DNA of 64,000 bases, from contig CALRDB010000002.1 in NCBI GenBank assembly GCA_943354745.1, positions 3,679 to 67,678 of the forward strand, given 5' to 3'. This document shows, piece after piece, positions 8,389 through 18,300 of this stretch (positions are counted from its first letter, which is position 1; the number at the start of each line of letters is the position of its first letter). The translations under genes were made by a program, and so were the position numbers. This stretch comes from Candidatus Nomurabacteria bacterium. GTDB lineage: Bacteria > Patescibacteriota > Minisyncoccia > Phycocordibacterales > UBA10002. The notes beneath the pieces are model-generated. The model had not been told where the DNA came from, did not search any database, and worked only from the letters and a program-made list of their open reading frames with translations.

Positions 8389-9750
8389 CTATTGTAGCAT
8401 GTCGATAGCGGCCAGAAGACGCCTTAAAGTCCGTTCTTTGCCCAGCATCGCTCCAAGGGTAAATGGATCGGGAGATTGCTCCTCCCCTGAAAGGGCTACA
8501 CGAGTCGGCCAAAGTACATCTCCCTTCCCTTTCGCCTCGGCGTAAGCAAATATTGCTTCCTTTACCCCGGGAATAGTGAACCTGTCAGATGGCAACTCTT
8601 CCAACACCGAAAGAACTTTTTCAAGATGCTCTTTGGGATCACTTTTCGCTTTTTTCCATTTCAGCATTTCGGTCGGATAGGTAGGGTCTTTGAGCAAATA
8701 GTCATACTCCCCAGCTTCAAGTTCGGTTTTAATATCACCGTACGTACTGATGCGATCCAACAACATCAGAGCAATTGCCTGGACCTGTGCCGCTGTCCGA
8801 TCCTTAGACAATATCTCAGGGAGGTGTGTAATAAGCCCTTCAACCCCGGCCTTTTTAAGGTATTCTTTATTTACTGAACGCATCTTCTCTTCGTTAAATA
8901 TCGCTCCTCCCTTTTGCACCTTGGTGAGGTCGAACACCTTGGTGAGTTCTTCCATGGAAAAAATCTCTTGATCCGTCCCGGAATTCCACCCTAAAAGGGT
9001 AAGATAATTGACTACCGCGGAAGCAATATAGCCACGCTCGCGATATTCCGAGACCGGAATAGCTCCGCGACGCTTGGACAGCTTAGTTCGATCAGGTGCG
9101 AGAATCAGCGGGAGATGCGCGTACAGAGGACGAGGAAAACCAAGTGCTTCCTGAATCAAAATTTGCCGTGGAGTATTCGAAATGCCGTCCTCACCGCGGA
9201 TAACGTGGGTGATCCCCATTTCGGCATCGTCTATGACGACGGCAAGATGATAGATGGGTTCGTCCATTGATTTGGCAATCACGAAATCGCCGAGCTCGGT
9301 CGTATCGAACGTAATGTCTCCGCGAATAAGATCCGTAAAGGTGAGCGACTTGTTGGGATTCTTAAAACGAATAACCTCAGCGCGTTTTACCCCCTCACTT
9401 TTTTTTGTTGATTGAAAATCTGCCGCAACCTCAACGGGAAGTTCACTCTCCTTTGAGACGTAGGCACGTCCTTGGTCTACCAGCTTTTTCAGGTAGTTTC
9501 TATAGATTTCACCACGCAGAGACTGTCTCCATACTTCCCCGTTATCGTAATCAAGACCAAGCCAGGTTAAACTTTCAATCACATCGGTCTCATACTCTTT
9601 CTTCGAGCGTTCCCTGTCAGTATCTTCAAGGCGGAAATAAAATGAACCGCCATTTTTCTTGGCAAACAAATAATTAAAGAGCGCAGTACGCGCATTACCG
9701 AGTTGTAGTTTGCCGGTCGGCGATGGCGGGAAACGAGTAATTATTTTCAT
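8389..9750 (-). CDS. gltX: Glutamyl-tRNA synthetase
   Basis: PSPTGKLQLGNARTALFNYLFAK (HIGH-class), KLSKRRG (KMSKS). Confidence 0.9.
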   Translation of the reverse strand: MKIITRFPPSPTGKLQLGNARTALFNYLFAKKNGGSFYFRLEDTDRERSKKEYETDVIESLTWLGLDYDNGEVWRQSLRGEIYRNYLKKLVDQGRAYVSKESELPVEVAADFQSTKKSEGVKRAEVIRFKNPNKSLTFTDLIRGDITFDTTELGDFVIAKSMDEPIYHLAVVIDDAEMGITHVIRGEDGISNTPRQILIQEALGFPRPLYAHLPLILAPDRTKLSKRRGAIPVSEYRERGYIASAVVNYLTLLGWNSGTDQEIFSMEELTKVFDLTKVQKGGAIFNEEKMRSVNKEYLKKAGVEGLITHLPEILSKDRTAAQVQAIALMLLDRISTYGDIKTELEAGEYDYLLKDPTYPTEMLKWKKAKSDPKEHLEKVLSVLEELPSDRFTIPGVKEAIFAYAEAKGKGDVLWPTRVALSGEEQSPDPFTLGAMLGKERTLRRLLAAIDMLQ

Positions 9751-9875
9751 ACTAAATCAGTATATAGGAATTAATTAAAAAGTCTTTCTTATTCGTAACC
9801 ATTCGTTGGACTCCAATTCGTCCCACTAGTGGAAAAATCAGAATTTCTCACTACGGGATAACTACTTTCGTATCG

Positions 9876-11000
9876 CTATTTTTCGTGCTTGAGTGCAATT
9901 TCCAAAATTTCGCGCGCGATTACCTCGGCAGCGTCGGTCTTTGCGAAATGAAGCGCATGCTCCGACATCTGCGTGACTCGCTCCTCGTTGCCGAGAACTC
10001 TCTGTATTTGGTCTTTAAGGATGTTGACCGTGAGGTTACTCTCTTCAAGGACGTCTGTCGCTCCAGTTTCCGCGTACGCATACGCGTTTTCGCGCTGATG
10101 GTTGCCGTTCGAATCGGTGATGGGAATAAGAATTGACGGCTTACCCCACATGGCTATCTCGAAGATAGTCGAGCCCGCCCTTGAAATAACCAGATTGGTC
10201 AGCTTCCCCGCCGAAGAAACTTGTGCAGTCGAAAGGTAGCCGAACGGATGATAACGATGCTTAAAAGTATTATCTTGCAAAAGAACCTTGGACCGTGCAA
10301 GCATATCGGCAAAATGCACTTCCCCTGTCTGGTGGATAACCTCGTACTTTTGCAGTAACTCCGGAAGCGCCTGCAGTATTGTTTCATTAAGCACAAGCGA
10401 GCCAAGCGACCCCCCAATAACAAATATAACCTTAGTGTCTGGTTCCAGTCCGAACCCTGCCCGATTCGCCAGTAACGGAGACAACAGTTCATGCCGGATA
10501 GGATTGCCCGTATATGCTACGCGCCCAGCAGGAAAGAAAGTTGCAGCCTGAGGAAAAGAAACCGCGATACGAGTAGCAAACTTCCCCGCCCAGAGATTGG
10601 TCCTCCCTGGTACCGTGTCAGACTCATGAATGATGACAGGGATTCTCCAAAACCGCGCAGCAAAAAGTGCAGGAAAACTTCCAAAACCTCCCTTACCCAC
10701 TACGACATCAGGAAACAAACGATACACAAGCACCAGAGCCTTGAGTACCCCAAAGATAGTTTTAACAACATCAAAAACATTCTTTATTGAAGCATAACGA
10801 CGAAGTTTACCTGCCAAGTTGGGAAGAAAAGTAATTTCGTTTTCAAACAATAAACTCGAGTTATACGCTTCGGGTGCCATGAAAAAAAGCTGCGGAGCAA
10901 TAAGCCGCTCCTTTTTTGCGATGAGTCGAACCTCTTCCGCGATTGCAATAATCGGATAGAAGTGTCCCCCTGATCCCCCGCCGGTGAATAATATTTTCAT
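9876..11000 (-). CDS. murG: UDP-N-acetylglucosamine--N-acetylmuramyl-(pentapeptide) pyrophosphoryl-undecaprenol N-acetylglucosamine transferase
   Basis: MKILFTGGGSGGHFYPIIAIAEE N-terminus and GT28 length. Confidence 0.88.
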   Translation of the reverse strand: MKILFTGGGSGGHFYPIIAIAEEVRLIAKKERLIAPQLFFMAPEAYNSSLLFENEITFLPNLAGKLRRYASIKNVFDVVKTIFGVLKALVLVYRLFPDVVVGKGGFGSFPALFAARFWRIPVIIHESDTVPGRTNLWAGKFATRIAVSFPQAATFFPAGRVAYTGNPIRHELLSPLLANRAGFGLEPDTKVIFVIGGSLGSLVLNETILQALPELLQKYEVIHQTGEVHFADMLARSKVLLQDNTFKHRYHPFGYLSTAQVSSAGKLTNLVISRAGSTIFEIAMWGKPSILIPITDSNGNHQRENAYAYAETGATDVLEESNLTVNILKDQIQRVLGNEERVTQMSEHALHFAKTDAAEVIAREILEIALKHEK

Positions 11001-11098
11001 ACTATACGAAAATACGAATTATACGAACATGCGAATTGCTGCGAATCCTATTCTCATTCGTAATCATTCGTAGGATTTCAATTCGTATTTTCGTATGT

Positions 11099-12190
11099 CT
11101 AGTTCTTCTGATAACGCGAGATATTAAGCAGTATGCCAGCCTCAAGAAGCGTAATCACCAAAGCTGTTCCGCCATGACTTACAAACGCCAGCGGAAGACC
11201 CGAAAGCGGAATGAGTGCTAACATTGACGCGATGTTCATAAACGCTGAAGCCCCTATGAGTATAACAATACCAATCGCAAGGAGTCCACTAAAAGTATCA
11301 GGGGAACGCGAAGCGATACGGAGCCCCCGAAGCAGAAGCGCGAGAAAAAGCATAATAAGAACGAAGCTTCCTATGAAACCGAATTCTTCCGCAGCTACGG
11401 CAAACACCGAATCCCCAATCGGTTCGGGAAGATATGAAAATTTTTGCACGCTTTGACCGAATCCTTTACCACTAAATCCACCAGAACCTATCGCGATAAG
11501 TGACTGCTGAACCTGATAGCCGGCTCCAAGCGGGTCTCCGGCAGGATTGAGAAAGGTTATAAATCGTTCTTTCAAATAAGGTCTGTACAAAACCAAACTT
11601 GAAAGACCAATGATTCCAATAAGCACAATTACACCGAAATGACGTAGACTGCCTCCAGCCACTAGAAATATCGCAAGGATTGCAAAGACCAGCACTGCGT
11701 AGGTATCAGTATCAGGTTGTAACAAGAGAAGGAATCCCGAAATACCAAAGAGAGCAAGCAGCGGAAGAAGACCGAAGGAAAACGTCTGAATTTTTTCCTT
11801 CGCTCCCGCGAAAAAGGCTGCCGCATACACAATAAACGAAATTTTCAAAAGCTCGGCAGGTTGGAATGAAAAGCCAAATACCCCAATCCAACGTCGGGCT
11901 CCACCATGCGACACGCCTATCCCTGGAATGAACACAAGAGCGGTAAAGACAATAGAGAAGAGAAGGAATGCAAGTGTATAACGTCGAAAATATTTATAGT
12001 GAAAGGTAGATACCAGATACGCGATCCCTCCTCCGAGAACCACCGCAATAAGTCGTGAGGTGGCAACATCCCCGAAGCGTGCCCCGTCCCGCGCCAAGAG
12101 GCCGATTGAGGCAGAGATGAATATCAAAAATCCTCCACCCACGAGCCCTGCTAAAATCCCTAGCAACCATTTGTCGACAGGCTTGTCCAT
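11099..12190 (-). CDS. ftsW: SEDS-family peptidoglycan glycosyltransferase FtsW/RodA
   Basis: Multi-TM; GFSGKGFGQS…YLPEPIGDSVFAVAAEEFGFIGS. Confidence 0.85.
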   Translation of the reverse strand: MDKPVDKWLLGILAGLVGGGFLIFISASIGLLARDGARFGDVATSRLIAVVLGGGIAYLVSTFHYKYFRRYTLAFLLFSIVFTALVFIPGIGVSHGGARRWIGVFGFSFQPAELLKISFIVYAAAFFAGAKEKIQTFSFGLLPLLALFGISGFLLLLQPDTDTYAVLVFAILAIFLVAGGSLRHFGVIVLIGIIGLSSLVLYRPYLKERFITFLNPAGDPLGAGYQVQQSLIAIGSGGFSGKGFGQSVQKFSYLPEPIGDSVFAVAAEEFGFIGSFVLIMLFLALLLRGLRIASRSPDTFSGLLAIGIVILIGASAFMNIASMLALIPLSGLPLAFVSHGGTALVITLLEAGILLNISRYQKN

Positions 12191-12193
12191 GAT

Positions 12194-13252
12194 TTAACTT
12201 ACGAGTGTAAGAATAACACCAAGAAGTGCCAACATGACGGAAAGGATCCAATAACGCATCGTAACTTTATACGACGGCCAACCAAGTGCTTCGAAGTGGT
12301 GATGGAGTGGAGAAATAATAAGCAATTTCCGTCCCAGAAATTTCTTATAAAATTTCTGTGCAATAACAGATGCACTTGTGACAAACAGAGGAAAGGCGAT
12401 AAGCAACAGAACAGAAATCCCCTCCCCTTCTCCCAGGGAATCTGTCATGAATGCGACGATTGAGATACAGAGCGTCAGTGCCATACTTCCGGTTTCCGAC
12501 ATATAGAACCGTGCAGGGGGGATGTTAAACCACAAGAAAGCCAAGATTCCTCCGAGCACTGCCGCACAAAATGCAGACAAATTTATTTGATTCTGAAAAA
12601 AAGCTATCGCTCCATATGCACCGAAGATGACTGCAAAAATACCACCAGCAAGACCGTCAATCCCATCAATAATTCCTCCAGAATACACGGCAAGCATCAC
12701 CAGAGTGAAAAGCGGAATAATGAGCCACCCAAGATAAAAGGGTCCCGTGAAGGGTAAGAAGACGGCTGAAACATCCAACTTGAAATGAAACCATATACCT
12801 GCAGAGATACCCACAATACATACAATCAAAAGCCGTTTGGTAAGTGATAATCCTCCAGCCCTATAACCTCCATTCCCGCGAATCTCAAGCAAATCATCAA
12901 TCCAGCCAATGCCGGCACCGATGAGAAGGGCGAGGAGCGGGATCCACGTTTGATCCCGACTAAGAAAATCAAGCTTGGAGAAAAGTGAGGTGGTAAAGAA
13001 AGCCCCCGCAGCATACACACCAAAGATGGCGAGAGCAGCTGAAAGCCAGATCACAATACCTCCCATACGAGGAGTACCGGTTTCTCTGGTTTGATGAAGC
13101 TGGTTGAAGAGTGGTGTCTCGCTACCCTTTCCCGGCCTCTTCTTCCACATCTTATGCGTATACAAATAGTGACTGAGCACAGGTGTTATGCCGATACCAA
13201 TCGTGAAGGCAAGAAGTGCAGGGATGAAGATTTTAATAAGATCGAGTAACAT
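12194..13252 (-). CDS. mraY: Phospho-N-acetylmuramoyl-pentapeptide transferase
   Basis: GIDGLAGG motif, polytopic membrane protein, adjacent to ftsW-murG. Confidence 0.88.
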   Translation of the reverse strand: MLLDLIKIFIPALLAFTIGIGITPVLSHYLYTHKMWKKRPGKGSETPLFNQLHQTRETGTPRMGGIVIWLSAALAIFGVYAAGAFFTTSLFSKLDFLSRDQTWIPLLALLIGAGIGWIDDLLEIRGNGGYRAGGLSLTKRLLIVCIVGISAGIWFHFKLDVSAVFLPFTGPFYLGWLIIPLFTLVMLAVYSGGIIDGIDGLAGGIFAVIFGAYGAIAFFQNQINLSAFCAAVLGGILAFLWFNIPPARFYMSETGSMALTLCISIVAFMTDSLGEGEGISVLLLIAFPLFVTSASVIAQKFYKKFLGRKLLIISPLHHHFEALGWPSYKVTMRYWILSVMLALLGVILTLVS

Positions 13253-13313
13253 GAAGTATCAAATTATGAATTTTGCATATCAGGCTTTTTGATTCTGCCG
13301 CACGTATTGCGCT

Positions 13314-13492
13314 GTCGTACCACAGGAGTACTAATTGTCTGCTAATTCGCTTCGCTCAAAGCATCCAATGTCGTACCACAGGAGTACTAATTGTCTGCTA
13401 ATTCGCTTCGCTCAAAGCATCCAATGTCGTACCACAGGAGTACTAATTGTCTGCTAATTCGCTTCGCTCAAAGCATCCAATGTCGCCCACAG
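13314..13492. repeat. Tandem repeat, 56-bp unit x 3.2 copies (unit gtcgtaccacaggagtactaattgtctgctaattcgcttcgctcaaagcatccaat)
   Basis: Perfect copies starting 13314, 13370, 13426 plus partial 13482; last copy encodes the final 9 codons and stop of the carboxypeptidase gene. Confidence 0.9.
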
Positions 13493-14422
13493 TAATTTCT
13501 CCACATCACTGTATCGTCCGTTCCGAGTGGAACCAAGTACTGAGATGATAACAGGATGATTGAAGCCGGCGTCAAACGCAATAACCAAATTCCCGCCAGA
13601 AAGGTCAGTGTAGCCTGTCTTCGAGGCAATAAGCAAGGGAAGAGTGTCAGTCTTTTTGTTGGTGTTCACCGCGGAGTATCTACCCCCATCTTCCGTACTT
13701 AAAACGAGCTCATTCAATCGTGTTTCTTCAAAAACTAAAGGGAACTGTTCGAGCGCATGAGCAAGCATCAACGTAGTTTCAGATGCGGAACTAAATGCTC
13801 CAGCGTGATCCTTATCAATATCCAAACCGTCCTCATTAAGAAAGTACGTAGAATGAAGTCCTAGCTCTTGCGCTTTCTCATTCATTTTCTGTATAAACAA
13901 CAAGCGATTTCCGTCGGCCGTTTGCGTGCTCGTCGCGATCACTCCTCCAATCGCTTCAGAAACAGCAACCGCTCCATCATTTGATGATTCGAGAAGGGTA
14001 AACTTAAGAAGGTCACGCAGCAGCCACCTATCCCCTACTTTAAATCCACTATCCCCTTCTTCTCTAATTGCTCGGGAACTAATGGGTATATATGTGGTAT
14101 CGGGAACAAGAGAGAGTGCGGTCACCGCAGTCATGAGTTTGGTAATTGAGGCAAGCGGTAACACCTCGAGCTCATTTTTACCAAAAAGAGTTTTCCTCGC
14201 CTTTACGTCGTACACCGATGCGGCCCGGCCCAAAAGTTCAAGCTCCACATAGGGATTTACCTTGGTAGGTTGCGTAGCCACCACAACCGAGGCTACCGAA
14301 GGTAACGCACTCTCCTGTGGATGCACAAAAAATAAAAGTGAACAAAGCGCCGCCGCCCAGAAAAAATATTCAGGTTTAACTTTTTCAAACAATTGTGTCG
14401 TTGGTTTATTCATTAGTTTCAT
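13454..14422 (-). CDS. D-alanyl-D-alanine carboxypeptidase (S11, PBP5/6-like)
   Basis: SITK (SxxK), SSND (SxN), KTGYT (KTG) motifs; likely start MKLMNK; upstream ORF extension overlaps scpB. Confidence 0.8.
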   Translation of the reverse strand: MKLMNKPTTQLFEKVKPEYFFWAAALCSLLFFVHPQESALPSVASVVVATQPTKVNPYVELELLGRAASVYDVKARKTLFGKNELEVLPLASITKLMTAVTALSLVPDTTYIPISSRAIREEGDSGFKVGDRWLLRDLLKFTLLESSNDGAVAVSEAIGGVIATSTQTADGNRLLFIQKMNEKAQELGLHSTYFLNEDGLDIDKDHAGAFSSASETTLMLAHALEQFPLVFEETRLNELVLSTEDGGRYSAVNTNKKTDTLPLLIASKTGYTDLSGGNLVIAFDAGFNHPVIISVLGSTRNGRYSDVEKLLWATLDALSEAN

Positions 14423-15002
14423 CAGATGAATCAAGGGTACTCTCTCCCATGTCGGTGACCGAAACCGTCTGTTTCTCCTGCTCGGTCTTAGCAACCTCAA
14501 GCTCTGCTCGAATGCTTTCGAGCAAAGGGAGATCTTCAACACTCGAAAGACCAAGAAGTGAAACGAGTTCAATGGTTGGGTGGTACAAAAATACTCGCTC
14601 ATCTGTTTCGCTCTGTTTGCGTTCCACAAGACCGCGAATAAGCAGACTTCGCAGTATTGCGGTTGAATTAACACCTCGAATGTACTCTATATCCCGTCGA
14701 CTAACCTTGCCTTTATACAGAACGATCGAAAGTGTTTCGAGTGCCGCTTTACCAAGTTCTGTGGAAAGTTCTTCCTTTCGAAGACGCTCAATAACTTCAT
14801 GCGTTGCAGAAGCTGTTGCAAGCGCTATTTCATCTTCGGTCTGTACCAGCGTAATACCTCTCCCTTCAAGCTTAAGCTTTAGCTCTTCCAAAGCTTTTTT
14901 TGCATCAACTGACGATACCTTGAGTGAGCGACAAAGCTCAGGAAGCGTCATCGGCTCCCCTTTCCAAAATAGTACCGCTTCAATTTGTTTGTCTAGTTCC
15001 AT
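14406..15002 (-). CDS. scpB: Segregation and condensation protein B
   Basis: MELDKQIEAVLFWKGEPMTLPEL… winged-helix ScpB pattern; adjacent to scpA. Confidence 0.8.
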   Translation of the reverse strand: MELDKQIEAVLFWKGEPMTLPELCRSLKVSSVDAKKALEELKLKLEGRGITLVQTEDEIALATASATHEVIERLRKEELSTELGKAALETLSIVLYKGKVSRRDIEYIRGVNSTAILRSLLIRGLVERKQSETDERVFLYHPTIELVSLLGLSSVEDLPLLESIRAELEVAKTEQEKQTVSVTDMGESTLDSSDETNE

Positions 15003-15091
15003 AACATTGGTAACGTATCCCTAATGACAAGATGACCGAGCTCCCAAAAATTGAATATAGTATACAGTCATTAGTTCTAGGTAAGTGCTAG

Positions 15092-15817
15092 CTAGTAGCG
15101 GGGGATCCCCACCTGCCCTGTCTCCATCACAATATCCCCAAGTGGCTTGTCCTGGTTAACGTAAATCAGTCCATCTTTGACGAGCTCTAGCAAAGCAAGA
15201 AAACCGACAATAACCGTAACTCGATCCCCTTTGTGTGCCCCCGAAAACTCATTGAAATTCATACGAAGCGCAGAGGTTATTCGACCTTTTAGGTTTTCAA
15301 TCATCTGTTCCAAACTAATTACTTTCTTGATAGCTACCTTTGAAAGAGCTTCTGTCTTTGGAATTGCCGACAACACAGAACGTATTGCACTTTGCATGAG
15401 CGAAAGAGATATTGACTTAGGGGGAGCGAATACGGGTACCACCTTCCGCTCGAGTGAACAAAAAAGAGGGTGCTCACCAAAGCGCTCTCTTACATGACGT
15501 GAAAGCTCACGGTATCGTTGCAAAAGTTTTAGCCGATTTTGTAAATCTTCAATATTTTCCTCCTCCTCACGAGAAAGGGAAAGTTGAGGCAGAAGGGCCT
15601 TTGACTTTATCAAAAGCAACGTGGAAGCAACGTAAGCAAATTGCGCACTTTCGGCAAGTGGAAAGTCGATAAAACTTTTCACATAATTAAGGAAGTCATC
15701 CGTTACTTTTGAAAGTGCTATGTCGCCAATATGAAGCTGTCTCCGTTCGATAAGTGTCAAAAGCAGATCCAAGGCTCCCTCAAATTTCTCCTGCTTTACA
15801 GTGAAGCTTTCCATCAC
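15092..15817 (-). CDS. scpA: Segregation and condensation protein A
   Basis: FEGALDLLLTLIERRQLHIGDIALSKVTDDFL typical ScpA N-terminus. Confidence 0.8.
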   Translation of the reverse strand: MMESFTVKQEKFEGALDLLLTLIERRQLHIGDIALSKVTDDFLNYVKSFIDFPLAESAQFAYVASTLLLIKSKALLPQLSLSREEEENIEDLQNRLKLLQRYRELSRHVRERFGEHPLFCSLERKVVPVFAPPKSISLSLMQSAIRSVLSAIPKTEALSKVAIKKVISLEQMIENLKGRITSALRMNFNEFSGAHKGDRVTVIVGFLALLELVKDGLIYVNQDKPLGDIVMETGQVGIPRY

Positions 15818-15850
15818 GTCACTATACCATTTTTATGGCTACACACCAAA

Positions 15851-16423
15851 CTATTCCTTCCATTCATAGTCAAGCTGACTGTAGACCCTACTGTTCTCAA
15901 AATGGTCATAGAGAAACGAGCCGTCGCGAAGGATACCGTCAAGTTTGAACCCGAGACGTTCGGGAATCGCCCCGCTCTTTGTATTGTTTGTACGACAATG
16001 GATCTCGATGCGGTGTAGCTTCAGTTCCTTAAAACCATACGAAACAAGCGCACGTACACAATCGGTCATGATTCCTCTACCTTCCTCAGCCTCAGAAAGC
16101 CAATAGCCGATTTCTGCCCGCCGAGACTTGCGATGTATCCCGTTAAATCCCATTGAGCCGATAAGTTTCTCACCTTCGTATACACCCAAATCGAGCGACT
16201 CTCCTTCCCTCGCCTTTTCCATGCGCTTCATGATATTTTCTCGTGATACCTCCGGTCCCGTTTGCGCATCCACCCAATCCAACCACTCGCGCAAATAGGC
16301 TCGGTTCTTGTCCACGAGCTTGTACAACGCTTCAGCCTCATCCGGCCGGATAAAGCGGAGCGTAATATTGTCCCGAACCCAAAGTGAAAAAGTATCGGTG
16401 TTCATATCGTCTTCCTCTGTCAT
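15851..16423 (-). CDS. GNAT family N-acetyltransferase (RimJ/RimL-like)
   Basis: GNAT core GYWLSEAEEGRGIMTDCVRALVSYGF…HRIEIHC. Confidence 0.7.
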   Translation of the reverse strand: MTEEDDMNTDTFSLWVRDNITLRFIRPDEAEALYKLVDKNRAYLREWLDWVDAQTGPEVSRENIMKRMEKAREGESLDLGVYEGEKLIGSMGFNGIHRKSRRAEIGYWLSEAEEGRGIMTDCVRALVSYGFKELKLHRIEIHCRTNNTKSGAIPERLGFKLDGILRDGSFLYDHFENSRVYSQLDYEWKE

Positions 16424-16463
16424 CCCCGTGACGTAGCAGTGGCGGAGTAGTCGTAGACTATAC

Positions 16464-16508
16464 GGGGATCCAGAATCAACTGGATTCCCGCCTCCGCGGG
16501 AATGACAA
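16464..16508 (-). repeat. Hairpin repeat family copy a (CTGTCATTCC-stem-loop-GGAATCCAG)
   Basis: rc: tgtcattcccgcggaggcgggaatccag, nested in a larger palindrome. Confidence 0.7.
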
Positions 16509-16513
16509 CAAAA

Positions 16514-17950
16514 CTATTTCTTATCCACTTTAATCCCAAGCTCCTTAAGCTGGTCCGGACGGGCATCTGACGGTGCGTCCATGACGGAGGTGTGGCCTCC
16601 TGCATCCATTGGGAACGCGATGACTTCACGGATGTTCGGCTCATTTGCGAGGAGCATTACAAGTCGGTCGAGGCCCGGAGCCATACCGGCATGCGGCGGC
16701 GCACCGTATTCGTACGCTTTGATGATGTGACCGAATCGTTCCTCGGTTTGCTCCGATGTAAGACCCATAAGCTCGAACACTTTTCGTTGTACTTTCGGGT
16801 CGGAAATACGTACACCACCCGACGCAAGTTCATAGCCGTTGCAGACAAGGTCGTACTGTTGGGCGCCGAGTCCATCGAGTTCGGGGCTACGCTTCCCCGC
16901 CGCTTCCTTGTTGATGTTCATGAGCTTCTCGACATGTTCCGGCCGCGGAGCGGAAAAAGGATTATGGGCGAATGTGTAGTGGCTATTGTTGTCATCCCAT
17001 TCCAAAAGTGGGAAATCAACGACCCATGCGAACGCCATGGTGTTCGGGTCTTTCTTTTCCTCTTCACTCCGCATGTCGAATTTATCAGCACCGAATTGCT
17101 TCATCGCTTCTTCATGTGTGAAGACAGGAAACGGCTTTCTAAGCACCGTCTTCCCCACCGATTCAGCCACGTGAATCATAAGTCCCTCAACAAGGTCGAG
17201 AACATCGCGTTGTTTTACAAACGCCATTTCAAGGTCTATCTGTGTGTGTTCGAACTGACGATCGCCGCGAAGGTCTTCGTCTCGCATCGCACGCGCGAGC
17301 TGGAAGTAACGCTCAAAGCCCGAAAGCATCAAAAGCTGTTTGTATTGCTGGGGAGCCTGTGGAAGCGCATAGAATTTTCCCGGCTGCATGCGTGAGGGCA
17401 CAAGAAAGTCGCGTGCGCCTTCGGGCGAGGTCTTGGTCAGCATCGGGGTCTCTATTTCGATGAAATCATTCTTGCCCATGTACTCGCGGATAAGGGAGGT
17501 CACCTTCGCACGCAGGCGAAGATTCTTTTGCAGGCGCGGTCGGCGAAGGTCGAGGTAGCGATACTTAAGTCGGGCCTCTTCCCCAATATCCATACCGTCA
17601 CTACGTACGTCAAAGTGCGGCGTTTCCGCCTGACTGATTACCTGTGCACTAAGCATCTCCAGCTCCACCTCCCCGTTCGGCTCGTTCTTGTTCACTAGTT
17701 TTTCGGGGCGCTTGTTCACTTTGCCGGAAACGGCAATAACCCACTCGGGACGAATGGTTCCCGCCAGCGCGTGCGCTTCGGCGTGGCTCGGGAGCGCTAT
17801 CATCTGGACTTTGCCACTCTCGTCACGAAGGTCAATGAAGATAAGTTTCCCGTGGTCGCGGCGAATGTCCACGAAACCCGCGACAGTTACTTCCTGTCCG
17901 ACCATTTCTTTGAGGCTTTTAATCATTGTCCTGTTTTCCGGTTGGCTCAT
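16514..17950 (-). CDS. aspS: Aspartyl-tRNA synthetase, short form lacking GAD insertion (likely non-discriminating)
   Basis: Class II motifs; QAPQQYKQLLMLSGFERYFQ, GAPPHAGMAPGLDRLVML; 478 aa. Confidence 0.85.
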   Translation of the reverse strand: MSQPENRTMIKSLKEMVGQEVTVAGFVDIRRDHGKLIFIDLRDESGKVQMIALPSHAEAHALAGTIRPEWVIAVSGKVNKRPEKLVNKNEPNGEVELEMLSAQVISQAETPHFDVRSDGMDIGEEARLKYRYLDLRRPRLQKNLRLRAKVTSLIREYMGKNDFIEIETPMLTKTSPEGARDFLVPSRMQPGKFYALPQAPQQYKQLLMLSGFERYFQLARAMRDEDLRGDRQFEHTQIDLEMAFVKQRDVLDLVEGLMIHVAESVGKTVLRKPFPVFTHEEAMKQFGADKFDMRSEEEKKDPNTMAFAWVVDFPLLEWDDNNSHYTFAHNPFSAPRPEHVEKLMNINKEAAGKRSPELDGLGAQQYDLVCNGYELASGGVRISDPKVQRKVFELMGLTSEQTEERFGHIIKAYEYGAPPHAGMAPGLDRLVMLLANEPNIREVIAFPMDAGGHTSVMDAPSDARPDQLKELGIKVDKK

Positions 17951-17952
17951 AC

Positions 17953-18300
17953 ACGCAAATTTATAAATAAAAAAGTCCTTACAAAATCACCCCAAAGGAT
18001 GGTTTTGTAAGGACGTTCTTACGAGCGTGGTGCCACCTTACTTTCCCTTCTGTCATTCCCATGAAAATGGGAATCCAGTCGGGCTTCTTCGTTAGCTATA
18101 GCGGGCTTTCCCGAAGGGTTCTACTGTGGGCGAGCAGCTGTCTTCAACTGCTTTAGCCCTTTTCTTCCCTTAGCCTGCCCCGACAAGTCTTCTTCGTCGG
18201 GACTCAGCCGTGTCATCGGCTTCAGTGCTTTCATATACTGTACCACGTGTGAGGAAAAAGAAAAGCCGGTCTTCCCCACCCAGGAGGAAGCCGGCCTTGG
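17953..18300 (-). promoter_or_regulatory. T-box riboswitch leader of aspS (antiterminator A1 GUAAGG/CCUUAC with 7-nt bulge UGGCACC; terminator 17968-18014); 5' boundary uncertain
   Basis: Minus-strand RNA: AAGGUGGCACCACG matches T-box AGGGUGGNACCGCG in 12 of 14 positions; UGGC complements tRNA-Asp GCCA end; 12-bp terminator GUCCUUACAAAA/UUUUGUAAGGAC + U6 immediately before AUG. Confidence 0.65.
18050..18080 (+). repeat. Hairpin repeat family copy b
   Basis: ctgtcattcccatgaaaatgggaatccagtc. Confidence 0.7.

Noticed and set aside
13454-14674. N-terminal 84 aa of the carboxypeptidase ORF (ORF-track start at 14674)
   Set aside because: The extension overlaps scpB in another frame and lacks signal-peptide logic. 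The likely true start is MKLMNK at ~14422.
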